From Amphiscolops sp. MND2022 (lineage: Eukaryota), in assembly GCA_964187785.1 (NCBI GenBank), contig OZ076409.1, positions 47,122,001-47,186,000 on the forward strand: 64,000 nucleotides of DNA. Direction: 5' to 3'. The position numbers and the translations under genes are program-made. Positions 27,820 to 40,300 of the stretch are shown in pieces. Position 1 is the stretch's first letter, and each line of letters opens with the position of its first letter. Under the pieces are notes generated by a model. The model saw only the letters and a program-made list of their open reading frames with translations. It was not told the DNA's origin and did no database searches.

Positions 27820-28565
27820 TTTGGTATTGACGTAATTTTAGAATTACGTCAATACCAAATACGAGCACTTGATAATTCAGCTCGATAGTTTACTTTCGCA
27901 ATTCCTCTTGTACAATTACATTTCATTTGAAAGCTGAGACCATCTGTACAAACGTGTATACTGCAAAGAAATGCACTTCTGAGATTTTTTGTTCTCTAGG
28001 TGAAAGAGATCCAATATAAGCAAAATGGCTTCCAGTTTTGAAGTAATTATTTCACAACTTCGAATTCATACAAGATTTTAACTCTTGTATGAATTAGAGA
28101 GCTCTTCTGACATTTCAAAACTGTTTTAAGGAACAAATTTACAAGAAAACATCTCTAAAACAGTGTAGCAACCCAGCTTTAGACATCTTGGAATTTTGGC
28201 AAGATTATTGAATTTTCCCGTTCACCTGGGTAATTCCACCACAATCTTTAGAAATCCTGGAAATCTCGCCAAGCTTACCAGGTGTCTCGGATTTCGTGGC
28301 AAGATCTCGAGATTGCTTGAATCTCGAGTTTCTCATTTCAGTTCTCCAATTGACAACATAACGTACACAGGGAATATGCTAGGAGAATACGACATAAGAA
28401 GGTAGAATTCGACGAAATAAGGCCATTATCAGTTGAATGCTAAGCCAATGAAAAAAGGGTTACACGCTAGCAGATATGGATTGGCATATCAACAGTTAGC
28501 CTTGAGAGAACTAGGGAGAACTCCATGAAAATATTAGTACAAATTTGGAAAACTTACATATAAGA

Positions 28566-28765
28566 NNNNNNNNNNNNNNNNNNNNNNNNNNNNNNNNNNN
28601 NNNNNNNNNNNNNNNNNNNNNNNNNNNNNNNNNNNNNNNNNNNNNNNNNNNNNNNNNNNNNNNNNNNNNNNNNNNNNNNNNNNNNNNNNNNNNNNNNNNN
28701 NNNNNNNNNNNNNNNNNNNNNNNNNNNNNNNNNNNNNNNNNNNNNNNNNNNNNNNNNNNNNNNNN
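28566..28765. other. Assembly gap (200 N)
   Basis: Run of N. Confidence 1.
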
Positions 28766-28829
28766 CCTTCCGAAGATATTGCCAAGAATTGCAAGATGTC
28801 ATGGTAAGATCTTCTCAAGACAGGCATTA

Positions 28830-29130
28830 TTACGACTGACTAACGCTTATTGGAAACAGTCGCTTCAGTTTTGATGGGGTTGATGTAGGTGCTGCTAAGA
28901 TTTTCTCAGTTTTAGAATCTGAGTTTCCTAGATTTTGTAGGTTGGACGATTTTTCAACAGACGGAGATATTTGTTTCAGCATTTCACTCTGGTTGTCAGC
29001 TAAGATTGTAGAGAGATCTGACATGATCTCTTTCCTCAGAGACGTTTTTATCGCGTCAAGATGTCAAGATTTTCAGGATGTTCTCTAAGAGATTTACTCG
29101 GGCCTGCCACTGGGTTCTCAGCTTGGTTGC
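28830..29130 (-). pseudogene. Fragment of an LTR-encoded gag N-terminus from a related gypsy family, truncated at ~29131
   Basis: PVAGPSKS..IKTSLRKEIMSDLSTILADNQSEMLK..TSTP aligns with EVAGPSRPKS..LRASLKEEITSEIKNLLIESQKEML..YTPT of the 13736 gag. Confidence 0.7.
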
Positions 29131-29293
29131 TTTATGTAAAATTGACTGAGCATTCTACAATTACATAAATATACACACACACATGTTTACGAAGTAGCAC
29201 TTGGTGGGTCCGTACACGAAACGGGCATAAGGTGGGACGTACACACTTTTCCCTTTGTGGGACATACACAAAAACTTTAACTTGGCTATTAAA

Positions 29294-29729
29294 AATACTT
29301 ATTGACATGCATTGGTGGGACCTTAACACAAAATCTTTTCGGCGATTTTCAGCTATCAAGAATACTTACTGACATGCATTGGTGGGACCTTAACACAAAA
29401 TCTTTTCTACAATTTTCAGCTATCAAGAATACTTATTGACATGCATTGGTGGGACCTTACCACAAAATCTTTTCGGCGATTTTCAGCTACCAATAATACT
29501 TATTGACATGCATTGGTGGGACCTTAACACAAAATCTTTTCGGCGATTTTCAGCTATCAAGAATTTTTATTGACATGCATTGGTGGGACCTTAACACAAT
29601 TTTTTTCGGCGATTTTCAGCTATCAGTAAAACTTATTGACATGCATTGGTGGGACCTTAACACAAAATCTTTTCGGCGATTTTCAGCTATCAAGAATACT
29701 TATTGACATGCATTGGTGGGACCTTAACA
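29294..29729 (+). repeat. 67-bp tandem repeat, ~6.5 copies, core GCATTGGTGGGACC
   Basis: Units start at 29294, 29361, 29428, 29495 and onward. Confidence 0.95.
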
Positions 29730-30301
29730 AAACATTGTTTTTCCAATGTTATTCTTTACGAATGAAACTCGGTCATTGGAGAGAGCAAAGTATTGTAGCT
29801 ACTGAATCAATTATTAATATTGAAAAAGAGGAGACAATCATTTATTGCATTTATTGTAAATGAATTTTTCTATAATGACTGAATGGTATTTACATTCCAC
29901 TAACTTTGGAATTTACATTACTTGATTTACACCCCAGTAACTCCATATTTGTTGTACACCTACTGAATAGTTTACAACCCGCGTTGGTGGGACTTACACA
30001 CAGCATTCTCGCCAACGAATCAGAGGCCGAGACGCATGGGGCCATTTCACGCATTGTTGGTGGGACATACACACAATCCGTTTAACCAATCAAAAACGCC
30101 AATTCCATCGATGACAACTTTTGGCCGCTTGTCGGCGCTGTAAAAATGTGTAGGTGTGGAGTGTGAGGCACTTGGTGTCTTTGTCAATTTTAGGCATTTT
30201 GTACTATGTGTAAAATGGCGTCCCACTTATTATGTCCCACCTTGTGCCCGTCCCACCAAGGCCTAGTAAAAAGTGGGGTCTATGTCCCACCAACTCTGGT
30301 T

Positions 30302-30305
<4 letters not shown>

Positions 30306-30338
<33 letters not shown>
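30306..30338 (+). repeat. (AC)n microsatellite, ~16 units
   Basis: Seen directly; a shorter (AC)n-CATGT occurs at ~29173. Confidence 0.95.
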
Positions 30339-30341
<3 letters not shown>

Positions 30342-31311
30342 GTGAGAATCCGCACTTGGTCGGTCTGCCAGCACAATCCGCATAAGGTCGAACATTTACA
30401 CTCACATTTGACCGGTCGAACGAAACAGTCGAACTTTCACATAAAAGCGGTCGAACATGCACATTCTATCTTAGACTGTCTGAGACTACAAAAGATAGAA
30501 AAAGCCACATGCCTTGGTAGGACATTAACACAAACTTGAAAGTGTTGTGCAAAAGCTGATTTCATGCTTTTTTGCTCCTTTCCTAATCAGTCTATGACGA
30601 ATTATAGTTTTTTGTTCTACCTGTTGCTGTAAAAATTAGGCAATTTGCACGCATTCTTTTAATAAACCTTTCCCCCCATTGCTAATTAAAAAATCTTGAT
30701 TTTAAACATAGATATAAAAATTTCAGAATTGTACTCTAAAAGTAACAAAATTTGAAAGTTTTTGGGCAAAATCTAGTTCGTCTTGCGTTCTTTACACTGA
30801 ATAACCGTTCGAAAGAAACTAAAAGCCAAGCCAAAGCCAATAAGATGAGTGAGTCAAGTGAGGATGAGTGAGTCAAGTTATTCGCAATAAAATATTGCAT
30901 TCGTTAATTTTCAATTCTTTAAGCGAATAAAAGTGTCCGCTAACGCTTTATATTGTCGCTAACTATCGATATCGCTAGTTTATGCAGAATTTTCGCTACC
31001 GCTATCGCTGCCACACCTCTGATAACACATTAGGAACAAAATAAAACTATTTCTAACTTAAACAAAATAAGGAAATATTTGGACGCAAAAGTGAATTCAG
31101 AAAACACAAAACTGAATAAGCAGAAGCAATAACTTTATCAACAAAGTCCGATAAACATTTCAAATTTATTGAACAAGCTGTCAGAAAATTCAAAATTCAA
31201 AACAGTTAAGTCAATTCAGCGTTCACAAAATATAAAAATTGTCGATATAAATACCATTTCCTAAAAATAAAAAAGTTTTGAACTGAAAGTCTTTGAAATT
31301 TCCAACAGTTT

Positions 31312-34300
31312 TCATTTTCTGGCATCGCTGACCTGCATATTCCTCACTTTGTCCTTGATATCTTGCCACTTTTGTGCATGAGGATACCTCTTCATTGCTT
31401 CCAAACAGACATCTTGACCGGGCAGACGCCCTTCCATCATTTCTTTTCGAAATTCCTTTCTCAACGCCTTTTCTTGATCTTTCGGCCATTGTCGTCTGGT
31501 GGCACCTTTTGGCCTTCCAGCAGTTGTTCTCTTCTTTTTCTTGGGCCTTCTTTGTTCGGGTTCTTCCTCAGAACCATGGGAAACTTCATCTGCTTGGAAT
31601 GAAGCGTCATCGTCTGACTTTTCTTCCTTGTCGTTGTCGTCGTCATCGTCATCGTCATCTTCATCAGACTCATCCTTCTTCCCTTTCTCTTTGGTTCGTT
31701 GTGATGTGCTGCGGCTTGAAGTCGCCTTCGAGGAACTCGGAAGATTTGAATCAGCAGGAGTTTCTACTTCTTCACCTACATCCTGGAAAGTTCAAAATTT
31801 GGGGAAATTATGACACGAAGACGTGATTTTGCTTTGCAGCTTTTCGAAGAGCAAACTTCTCAAACACCGTATGCTACTATTTCAACAAAGAACTCAAGAA
31901 ACTAAATTTCGACACTTGTTCAATTGGTAATCCAATTCGAAGAGAAATCAGTATTCTCAAACACCGGGCGTTGCTATTTCAACAACAAATTCAAGAAACT
32001 AAACTCCGACACTTTTTTAACTGTTAGTTCAATTCGAAGTGAAATCAGTATTCTCAAACACCGGGCGTTGCTAATTCAACAAAGAATTAAAAAAACTGAA
32101 CTCCGACACTTTTTTAATTGTTAATTCAATTCGAAGTTAAAAGTATTCTCAAACACCGGGCGTTGCTATTTCAACTGAAGCTTTTAAAATTATTGAAAAA
32201 AAATTAAAATTGGAATTCAAACTTATCAACCTATTCGCAATAGTGTTTGAAGTCAAATTAGTAGAAATTCTCACCGAATCGTCAAGATTCAAAGTCGGCT
32301 GGAGTGTGTCAAGGTTCTCTAGATAGGCGTCTTTGACCTTGCCTTTGTCCGCAATGTATAATAGTTTGGTCATTTTTGCCAGGTTTACAGCATCAGTGTG
32401 CTTCCTGTAGTACTTGTCGTGAACATTCAGGTCGTGTCCCAGGAAGTCGGCCACCCAAACTCTTTGGTTTTGTGGTAAATCCAAGAACTGGGCTGCAGTG
32501 GCAAGATACTTGCGGAGCTTTGTAGATCGGAACACTTTTTTGTCTTGCAGCTTAAACTCTTCAGCGTATTTCCTCAAAACATCGATGCTTCTGTAGAATT
32601 GTTCGCCTCCCTCTGTTTGGAAGAAGTAGTTGTCACTTTTCAGCTTATCGTCATTAATCATGATGTCTATCACTTCTAGTGTTTTAGGTGGAATCAAAAC
32701 GGGAACAAATTTTCCACCTTTCCCAGGCAGTCGCAGCAACGTGTAGTACTTTGCGAACATCATTTCAACTTCTGTGAGCTTAAAAAGTTCGTAATCCGTT
32801 GTTTGTGCCCTCTGTAAAGCCAGACTTCTTTGGAGAATCATGTCTTTTCGTGTTACACCCGAAACTTCGCGATCTCGCTTCTTATTAAAACTGACAAGAT
32901 CAGCAATCACGATTTGTTTCATTTCGGCGTAGTTGTGAGTCGTTTTGGCCAGCAAACCCGAAATTTTTGCCCCAATCTTTTCTCTGAAGCGCATCATATC
33001 CGAAGTTGGAATGACAAGGTGTGTCGACTCGTTCTGTTTCTTCAGCATCCTGTTAAAACAATCAAAACATACAAGGCCAATATGAAAAAAAAACTCATTT
33101 TGGAAATACGGAATTAAAGCTGAAAACATTGAAAAAAGGTTGATGCTATCCGGATATGCACCCACGTGGGATTGTCATATTTCACGACAGCTTCCCTCCT
33201 GCACTGTTGCCGCAATGGAAGACTCAACATTGTCAATTTGACGCTTAAGGGCGCGACATCCGCTCAGGCATAGTACCGAGAACGGAATTAAATGAAAGAT
33301 ACTACAAAAATTAAAAAGTTGTCAAACGACGTACATCTGCATTTTTCTGAAGTGCAAAATCATTTTTGTTTGTTTTTGTTGAATTTGAAAGTCAGTATGA
33401 GACGTTTTTCGTGGTGACATGAAGTGTTAAAAAATAAAAAACTAACTCATATTTTGCTGGTGCCGAAATTGCTGCCCACTCACTATCTAGAATTTTCAAG
33501 AACTCTCTTGCTGTTTCCGATATTGACTTCTTTTTCCACATCCAAGCCTGGTTGCGTAAGAACTGAGCAGCTGTTTTCAGAATTGATCCCATTTTAATCC
33601 TGTAGGACTTTTCGAATGTCATAACAGCTTCTTTCACTCTTGGCCACATTTCGGGATTAATGACTTCAATCAAGTATGAGCAATTGAGTTTGTGTACAAG
33701 CTTGGCCATTGTTCTCATTCTGTCGTTGATTTGAAGGTAACCCTCGTCAGCTTTTCTCTTATCGAAGTACCACTGGCCAAGGTATCGTATCAGAGGATCA
33801 CGCCTTGCAATATTCCCATATTCATCATGTCTCATTCGTGTGAAAACATATTGTTCAAATGGGGTGTCTTTGGTAGCTTTCACTTCGAGCATCAATGCAA
33901 ATGTAGCAGCCTTGATATTTTTTCCTGTATTGCTCAAAGCTATCTTTCCACTTGCTGGACAATCTGTTTTATGTCGATACATTGTTTTTTTCTGGAAGAA
34001 ACCGAGACAACTTGGACAAGGGGCAAAGTCATAAGCAGATGGATTTTCAGCTACAGTTGGATCCCTGGCAACAATCAATTTGCTCTCGAAGTTTTGGGTC
34101 TCGCTGCACTTCTTGAAAACAGCGATGTTGTATTTATAGAGACCTTCATAGACAATCAAGTGAGTGAGATTGTCCTTCTCTCTCCTCAGTTTTTTAAGTT
34201 CGGTCTCAGTTTGAACAGTTTCCCTGCCTTCTTCAAGATCCTCAATTTCCTTGTTAATCCTTTGAAGGTTTAAAACTCGGAGTTCTTTGCGATGAAATTT

Positions 34301-37300
34301 ATCCACATGACGTGTCAGTTTTTGCACCATAGTGGCATTTTCTGGTTCAGTGAAGGGACAGTAAGGACAACATTTTGTTTTTCTGTGTTTATTCAGGGCG
34401 ACTTGAATTTTGATCTTCCGAAGAAATTTAGCATTGAATTGGCATTGTCCTGTTTGTTGGACGTACTTCTCCATTACAAGTTCCATTTCCTGATCGTCCA
34501 TTTCTTGGGTATCCGTTGAAGTTGTAGCTGACTTGTAAGAACTTTCACTAATCTGACTGATACCTTCTGCATTCAAAACAACTTCTTTGGTTATTCCAAC
34601 CAGAGGACCGCATTTCTTCGTTTTTGATCTTGTTCGTTCCAATGGCTCATCTTCCGATGGGTATTCGCTGCTCACATCCTCATCGTCCGTGTCATCATCA
34701 CTTCCGGGAGTGAATCGATCGCTCGACGAGGTGGACGAATCTTTACTAGAATCTTCAGTTGTTCCACTGGAACATGGGGGCTGCGATTCTTCGTCGCTTG
34801 AGCATTGTTCGGAGACGGATTCTTCGCTTTCTTCAGCTTCCGGTTTCGGCTGTAGGTATTGACGGCCCTTGGCGAGCAGTTTTACAGCTCTGGTTGTTCC
34901 CTTCCTGGGTGTCAACTGCAAAACAACACACTAAGTTGAACATCACTATCAACCAATTGAAATGTTTTCGGTAAAACTTCAACAGAAAAACAGCAATTTT
35001 CATTAGCAAAACCTTAGAAACTCCGCCTTCAATTACTTTTCGCTTTATTCCAAAACATCTTTTTTCTACAATTGTTTTTTGACCAGTAGATGTCTCACGA
35101 AAGAAACCAAGGGGCTCCGGCATTCTGAATTTTGGAGAGCTAGGTCGAACATGCGACGTATGTTCGACCAAATGTGATGAACTTTTATGCGAGACGAAAA
35201 ACGACTACTGAAAAACTTTTGTGGTTTTTATCAAGGAAAGTGAACCAAAAGAAAACTAGGTTTACTTTGTGAGGTAGAGAAGTATCCGGAGTTGAAGAAC
35301 TTTCTTCCTTTTTCTGGTATTTGTTCGTCGTCAACCTTTGAACAGATTCCTCGATAGCTGAGTCTATGTTCTTCGGCTTCTTGGCTTGCGGCTGTTTCGT
35401 TGATGTCAGGGTCGGCTTTTTGACAGCCTTTTTTTTTATCTCCACTTGCTGTTGGTTGTTGAAGCGGTTCAGCTGGTCTTGATGCTCCGCAAATGGTTGA
35501 TGATCTCACTGGTCCACTTTTAGAAGACAACGCTGCGACGGACGGCTCATTCGCGTCAATGACAGATGCCAGTTCCGAAGCATGTTCATCAGCAACATCT
35601 GGCTTGGCTTCTCCACTTTTAGCTGGTGGTTTCGGATCAACTATCTCGCCGACAGCTGGCTTGGCTTCTCCACTTTTAGCTGCTCCTTTCTGAGCAAGTT
35701 TCTCTCCGACAACTGGCTTGGCTTCTCCAGTTTTAGCTGGTGGTTTCTGAGCAACTTTCTCTCCGGCAGCTGGCTTGTCTTCTCCAGGTTTGGCTGGTGG
35801 TTTCTGAGCAAGTTTCTCTCCGACAACTGGCTTGGCTTGTCCAGGTTTGGCTGGTGGTTCCGGAACAACTATCTTGCCGACAGCTGGCTTGGCTTCTCCA
35901 CTTTTAGCTGTTGGTTTCTGAGCAACTTTCTCTCCGACAGCTGGCTTGGCTTCTCCACTTTTAGCTGGTGGTTTCTGAGCAAGTTTCTCTCCGACAACTG
36001 GCTTGGCTTGTCCAGGTTTGGCTGGTGGTTCCGGAACAACTATCTCGCCGACAGCTGGCCTGGCTTCTCCACTTTTAGCAGGTGGTTTCTGAGCAACTTT
36101 CTCTCCGGCAGCTGGCTTGGCTTCTCCAGTTTTAGCTGGTAGTTTCGGAACAACTATCTCGCCGACAGCTGGCCTGGCTTCTCCACTTTTAGCTGGTGGT
36201 TTCTGAGCAAGTTTCTCTCCGACAGCTGGCTTGGTTCCTCCAGTTTTAGCAGGTGGTTTCTGAGCACCTTTCTCTCCGACAGCTGGCTTGGCTTCTCCAC
36301 TTTTAGCTTGAGGTTTTGAAGTAAGTTTCTCTACGGCAGCTGGCTTGGCTTCTCCAGGTTTAGCTGATGGTTCCGAAACAACTATCTCTCCGACAGCTGT
36401 TATGTCTTCTCCACTTTTAGCTGGTGGTTTTGAAGCAAGTTTCTCTCCGACAGCTGGCTTGGCTTCTCCACTTTTAGCAGGTGGTTTTGAAGTAAGTTTC
36501 TCTCCGGCAGCTGGCTTGGCTTCTCCACTTTTAGCTGATGGTTCCGAAACAACTATCTCTCCGACAGCTGTTATGTCTTCTCCACTTTTAGCTGGTGGTT
36601 TTGAAGCAAGTTTCTCTCCGACAGCTGGCTTGGCTTCTCCACTTTTAGCAGGTTGTTTTGAAGTAAGTTTCTCTCCGGCAGCTGGCTTGGCTTCTCCACT
36701 TTTAGCAGGTGGTTTTGAAGTAGGTTTCTCTCCGGCAGCTTGCTTGGCTTCTCCCCTTTTAGCTGGTGACTTCGGAGCAACTTTCTCTCCGGCAGCTTGC
36801 TTGGCTTCTCCACTTTTAGTTGGTGACTTAGGAGCAACTTTCTCTCCGACAGCTGGCTTGGCTTCTCCACTTTTAGTTGGTGACATAGGAGCAACTCTCT
36901 TTGCGACAGCTGGCTTGGCTTCTCCAAGTTTTTTTACGACAGCTGCCTCGGCTACTCCAAATGTAGTTGGTTGTTTTGAATCATCCTTTCCTGAGGCAGT
37001 TGCTCTGAGTGCCACCACGCATTTCGAGAAACCTTTTACTACACCGGCTGTCTGTTCCGACTTCTCATCTTCGGTTTTTGATTCGGAATCAATATTCTGT
37101 GTAATGTTGGCTTTCGATTCTGGTTTTGACGTTTCTATTTTCTGGACCTGGTGTTTTAAAACAACTCTACTTCTGGTCTTCGGCTTCTCTTCCTTTGTAA
37201 CAGCTGATTTGTTTGTAACGTAGAATTCTTTTGTAGAATTTGGGTTTTCCAAATTAACTGGTGTCTCACTTTCGGGAACCGCGGTGTTTTTTCGCCACTC

Positions 37301-40300
37301 GGCATTTGGGAAGCCATAATCATATCGCAGCTCTTCTCCTTAAACAAGGTTGCACGTGAATTTTTCAAATAAAACTCATTTCTTTATCTGCGAAGAAAAA
37401 CACTTGTGTTCCTTTTAAGCTTCCCCTTATTCCATTTTCTAAAACTAGATATCAATTTTCCTGTGCCCACGTAAATAGTTTCTTGCTACCCGCTGGTGAC
37501 AATATTATATTGTTGTTTTCTCCAGTTTCATTTTTTGGCGATTCGAAATCTATCAAAATTTTTCTTTCAAAATTGAAACTATGAAAATTTTCAAATCAGT
37601 CAAAAATATTTCTGAATTATATCAAAACTTATTCTATTTTTGGACAATGTAATTCGATTCATGTAAAACGGACTCAGTATGATGCTGTTTCTTACTAGCA
37701 GAAGTTCGGACTGGCAGTTAGTAAAATTTGTCGTCGTGTTTTTACAGTCACAAGGTCGTACTCGCACTTGGTAGGACATGACTGATTTTACAAGCACATG
37801 GTCGGACTTGCACTTGATTGATCATGATGTTCAAGCACCACGCGTTGCTACTGTTGTCGCTGTGACCCACCAATGTATATCTTGTAATTAAAAAAATGTC
37901 AATTTTTCGAAACCAATTTTTTGTTCAATCTAATGGCACTGGCATCCTCAGACTTGGGGGCAAATGGTTAACGAAACAATTTTCACGGATGTTTTTTCCA
38001 CAATGTGATGGTTGGAAAAAATGCTAACTTGATAAACTTTTTTTCGAAGTTACAATTGTTCTAATTTTGGAACTCTTGTTGCAGAAATTCCATTGAAACA
38101 TTTTCAGAGATACCAAAAGTTCTAAAACTTCCCTTGATGTTTCGTATTTCTGGCACTTTCTTAACTTATTTGTTGTTGAACTTTGTAATTTTAGGCAAAA
38201 GAGCTGCGGTATTTTGAAACGCGTTCGCACAAAGGTATATTTTTGGTAAAGTAATTGGTTGTTTTAACTTCAAAGGTTCTATCTTATGTTAGTGTTGTTA
38301 GTATTGTGGACAATCCCGCTATCGCGCGATTGTCGAGCTCATCTTTTGGGGACAGCTCGTTACAGTATATGCAAATAGATGGATATGATGGTCCAATGCC
38401 AATAACGACTGCGTTACACTATTTCAGTTTTTCTGCATTGCGCCAAAAATTTGAATTTAGCAAATATTTTCAATTGTTTGCTGGAGTCGACCGTCATTCC
38501 GCGGCAGCCCTTCGCGCCACTTCATGTCGGTTTTTGTCAAAACGGGCTGCTTGCCAAGTAATGTATTGTCTCTCCGCTTTGCTGCCTTGCTGCACATAAG
38601 TGCATACTAGGTGCATAAGAACATAGCTGATTACATTATCATAATTAGTTCATTGGTGTTTAGCACACAAACTCAATCACTTTGCTTTTTCCCTAATTCA
38701 ATTTTCAACCAATCAGAAGCGTTTAATAAACGTTTTTGGCGCAATGAAAAGCTTACTAAATTTCAACGTTTAGGGAAACGGCCAAAATTCTGGCGGTTAC
38801 CAGAAAAAGTCCATTTCGAGGGATTGTTTAAAAAGATTACGTACCAAATAACAAGAGCAAATAACAAAAACAAATTTAGTTTCAAATAACATTCAATTGA
38901 AAGTAATTTCTTATAAAATAAAAATCAAACTGAATACTTGGTTGAAAAATTGAACTCACGTAATTTTATCTGTAATTTTTAATACTTTTTTCAGTGAATC
39001 CTTTGAATTTTCTATAATGTTGAACACTAAAACTTTCTCGTGTTTTTATTTGCTCTAATGCTATTTGGGAATTCACCGTTTGAAAACAATTTTGCTCAAT
39101 GTCATGCAATTTAGAAATTATGGATAAGATTTGGGATTTATGCTAAGCCCCATCCTGGTTTAAAGACGTCACCTGGAATCGAGAAACTTGAACACCTCTC
39201 AAATAGGGAACTTGATTTGAGCCTATCAAATTATGTACTTACTTATCCCTGGAACTTTTGCCAAAAGTGATTGGAATATCAACGCCCTGTGTTAGTGAGT
39301 TATCCCAACTTAGATGATTATATACATTCCGTATAATGAAACAATCTGGAAAGCAGTGATGTCCATTTATAATAAAATAAATGATTTTTCATGTGCCAGT
39401 GGAAAGGACAGAAAAAACTTATACAGCTCGTGGACTCTATTCCAAGCAACGCTCGGTGTTCGTGAATTTTTTCACGACTTGGTCGAACATGAACACTACT
39501 TTTCACTATCGGGTTAAAATAGCAACGCCCGGTGCTTGAATTCTATAACGACTTAGTCGAACATAAACACTACTACTTTTTACTACCTGGTTAAAATAGC
39601 AACGCCCGGTGTTTGAATTCTATAACGACTTAGTCGAACATAAACACTACTACTTTTTACTACCTGGTTAAAATAGCAACGCCCGGTGTTTGAATTCTAT
39701 AACGACTTAGTCGAACATAAACACTACTACTTATCACTACCTGGTTAAAATAGCAACGCCCGGTGTTTGAATTTTATGGTGACTTGGTCGAACATAAACA
39801 CTACTAGTTTGTGTTTTAAAATAGCAACGCCCGGTGTTTGAGCTTCATTACCACTTGGTCGAACTTGAACATTATTTTTCATTCCCTGTACACGAAAGTT
39901 ATTTTTCAACGTTATATATGGCTCTTTGCTGCAAAACATCCGCTCTAATGCTCAATGTTGACCCATGATAATCCTATTTCCCAAAGAAAAAACCGAAAAA
40001 CGTTCAAAAGGGCCTAATGAGAAGTTAACTTGGGCTCCGCGACAGTACCAAAAACGAACAGAAAACGCGATTTTATATGCAAGAACAATATGTTTGAAAT
40101 ATAAATAGAACGTTTTTCAAATTGCACTTGGTGTGGCCTTACCCTGTACTTTACTAAGCATCGATGGGACTTTTTAACGCAGTCGTGTTTGTTTTCAATC
40201 ACCAAGTAATTTACTGATTGCTCTCTCCTAATTGCCAGCTTGTATGCAAAGCTCTCAACTTGGTTCATTCACCACCCAACACCCCATGGGGATGGCAGGG

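Noticed and set aside
28534..28874. ORFs spanning the N run
   Set aside because: Artefacts of the gap; contiguity across the gap is also unproven.
37600..37797. Similar short ORFs MLVK..MSYQVRVRPC at 37600-37797 and 53375-53578
   Set aside because: Translations of a non-coding inverted repeat motif, with non-ATG starts and no further similarity.
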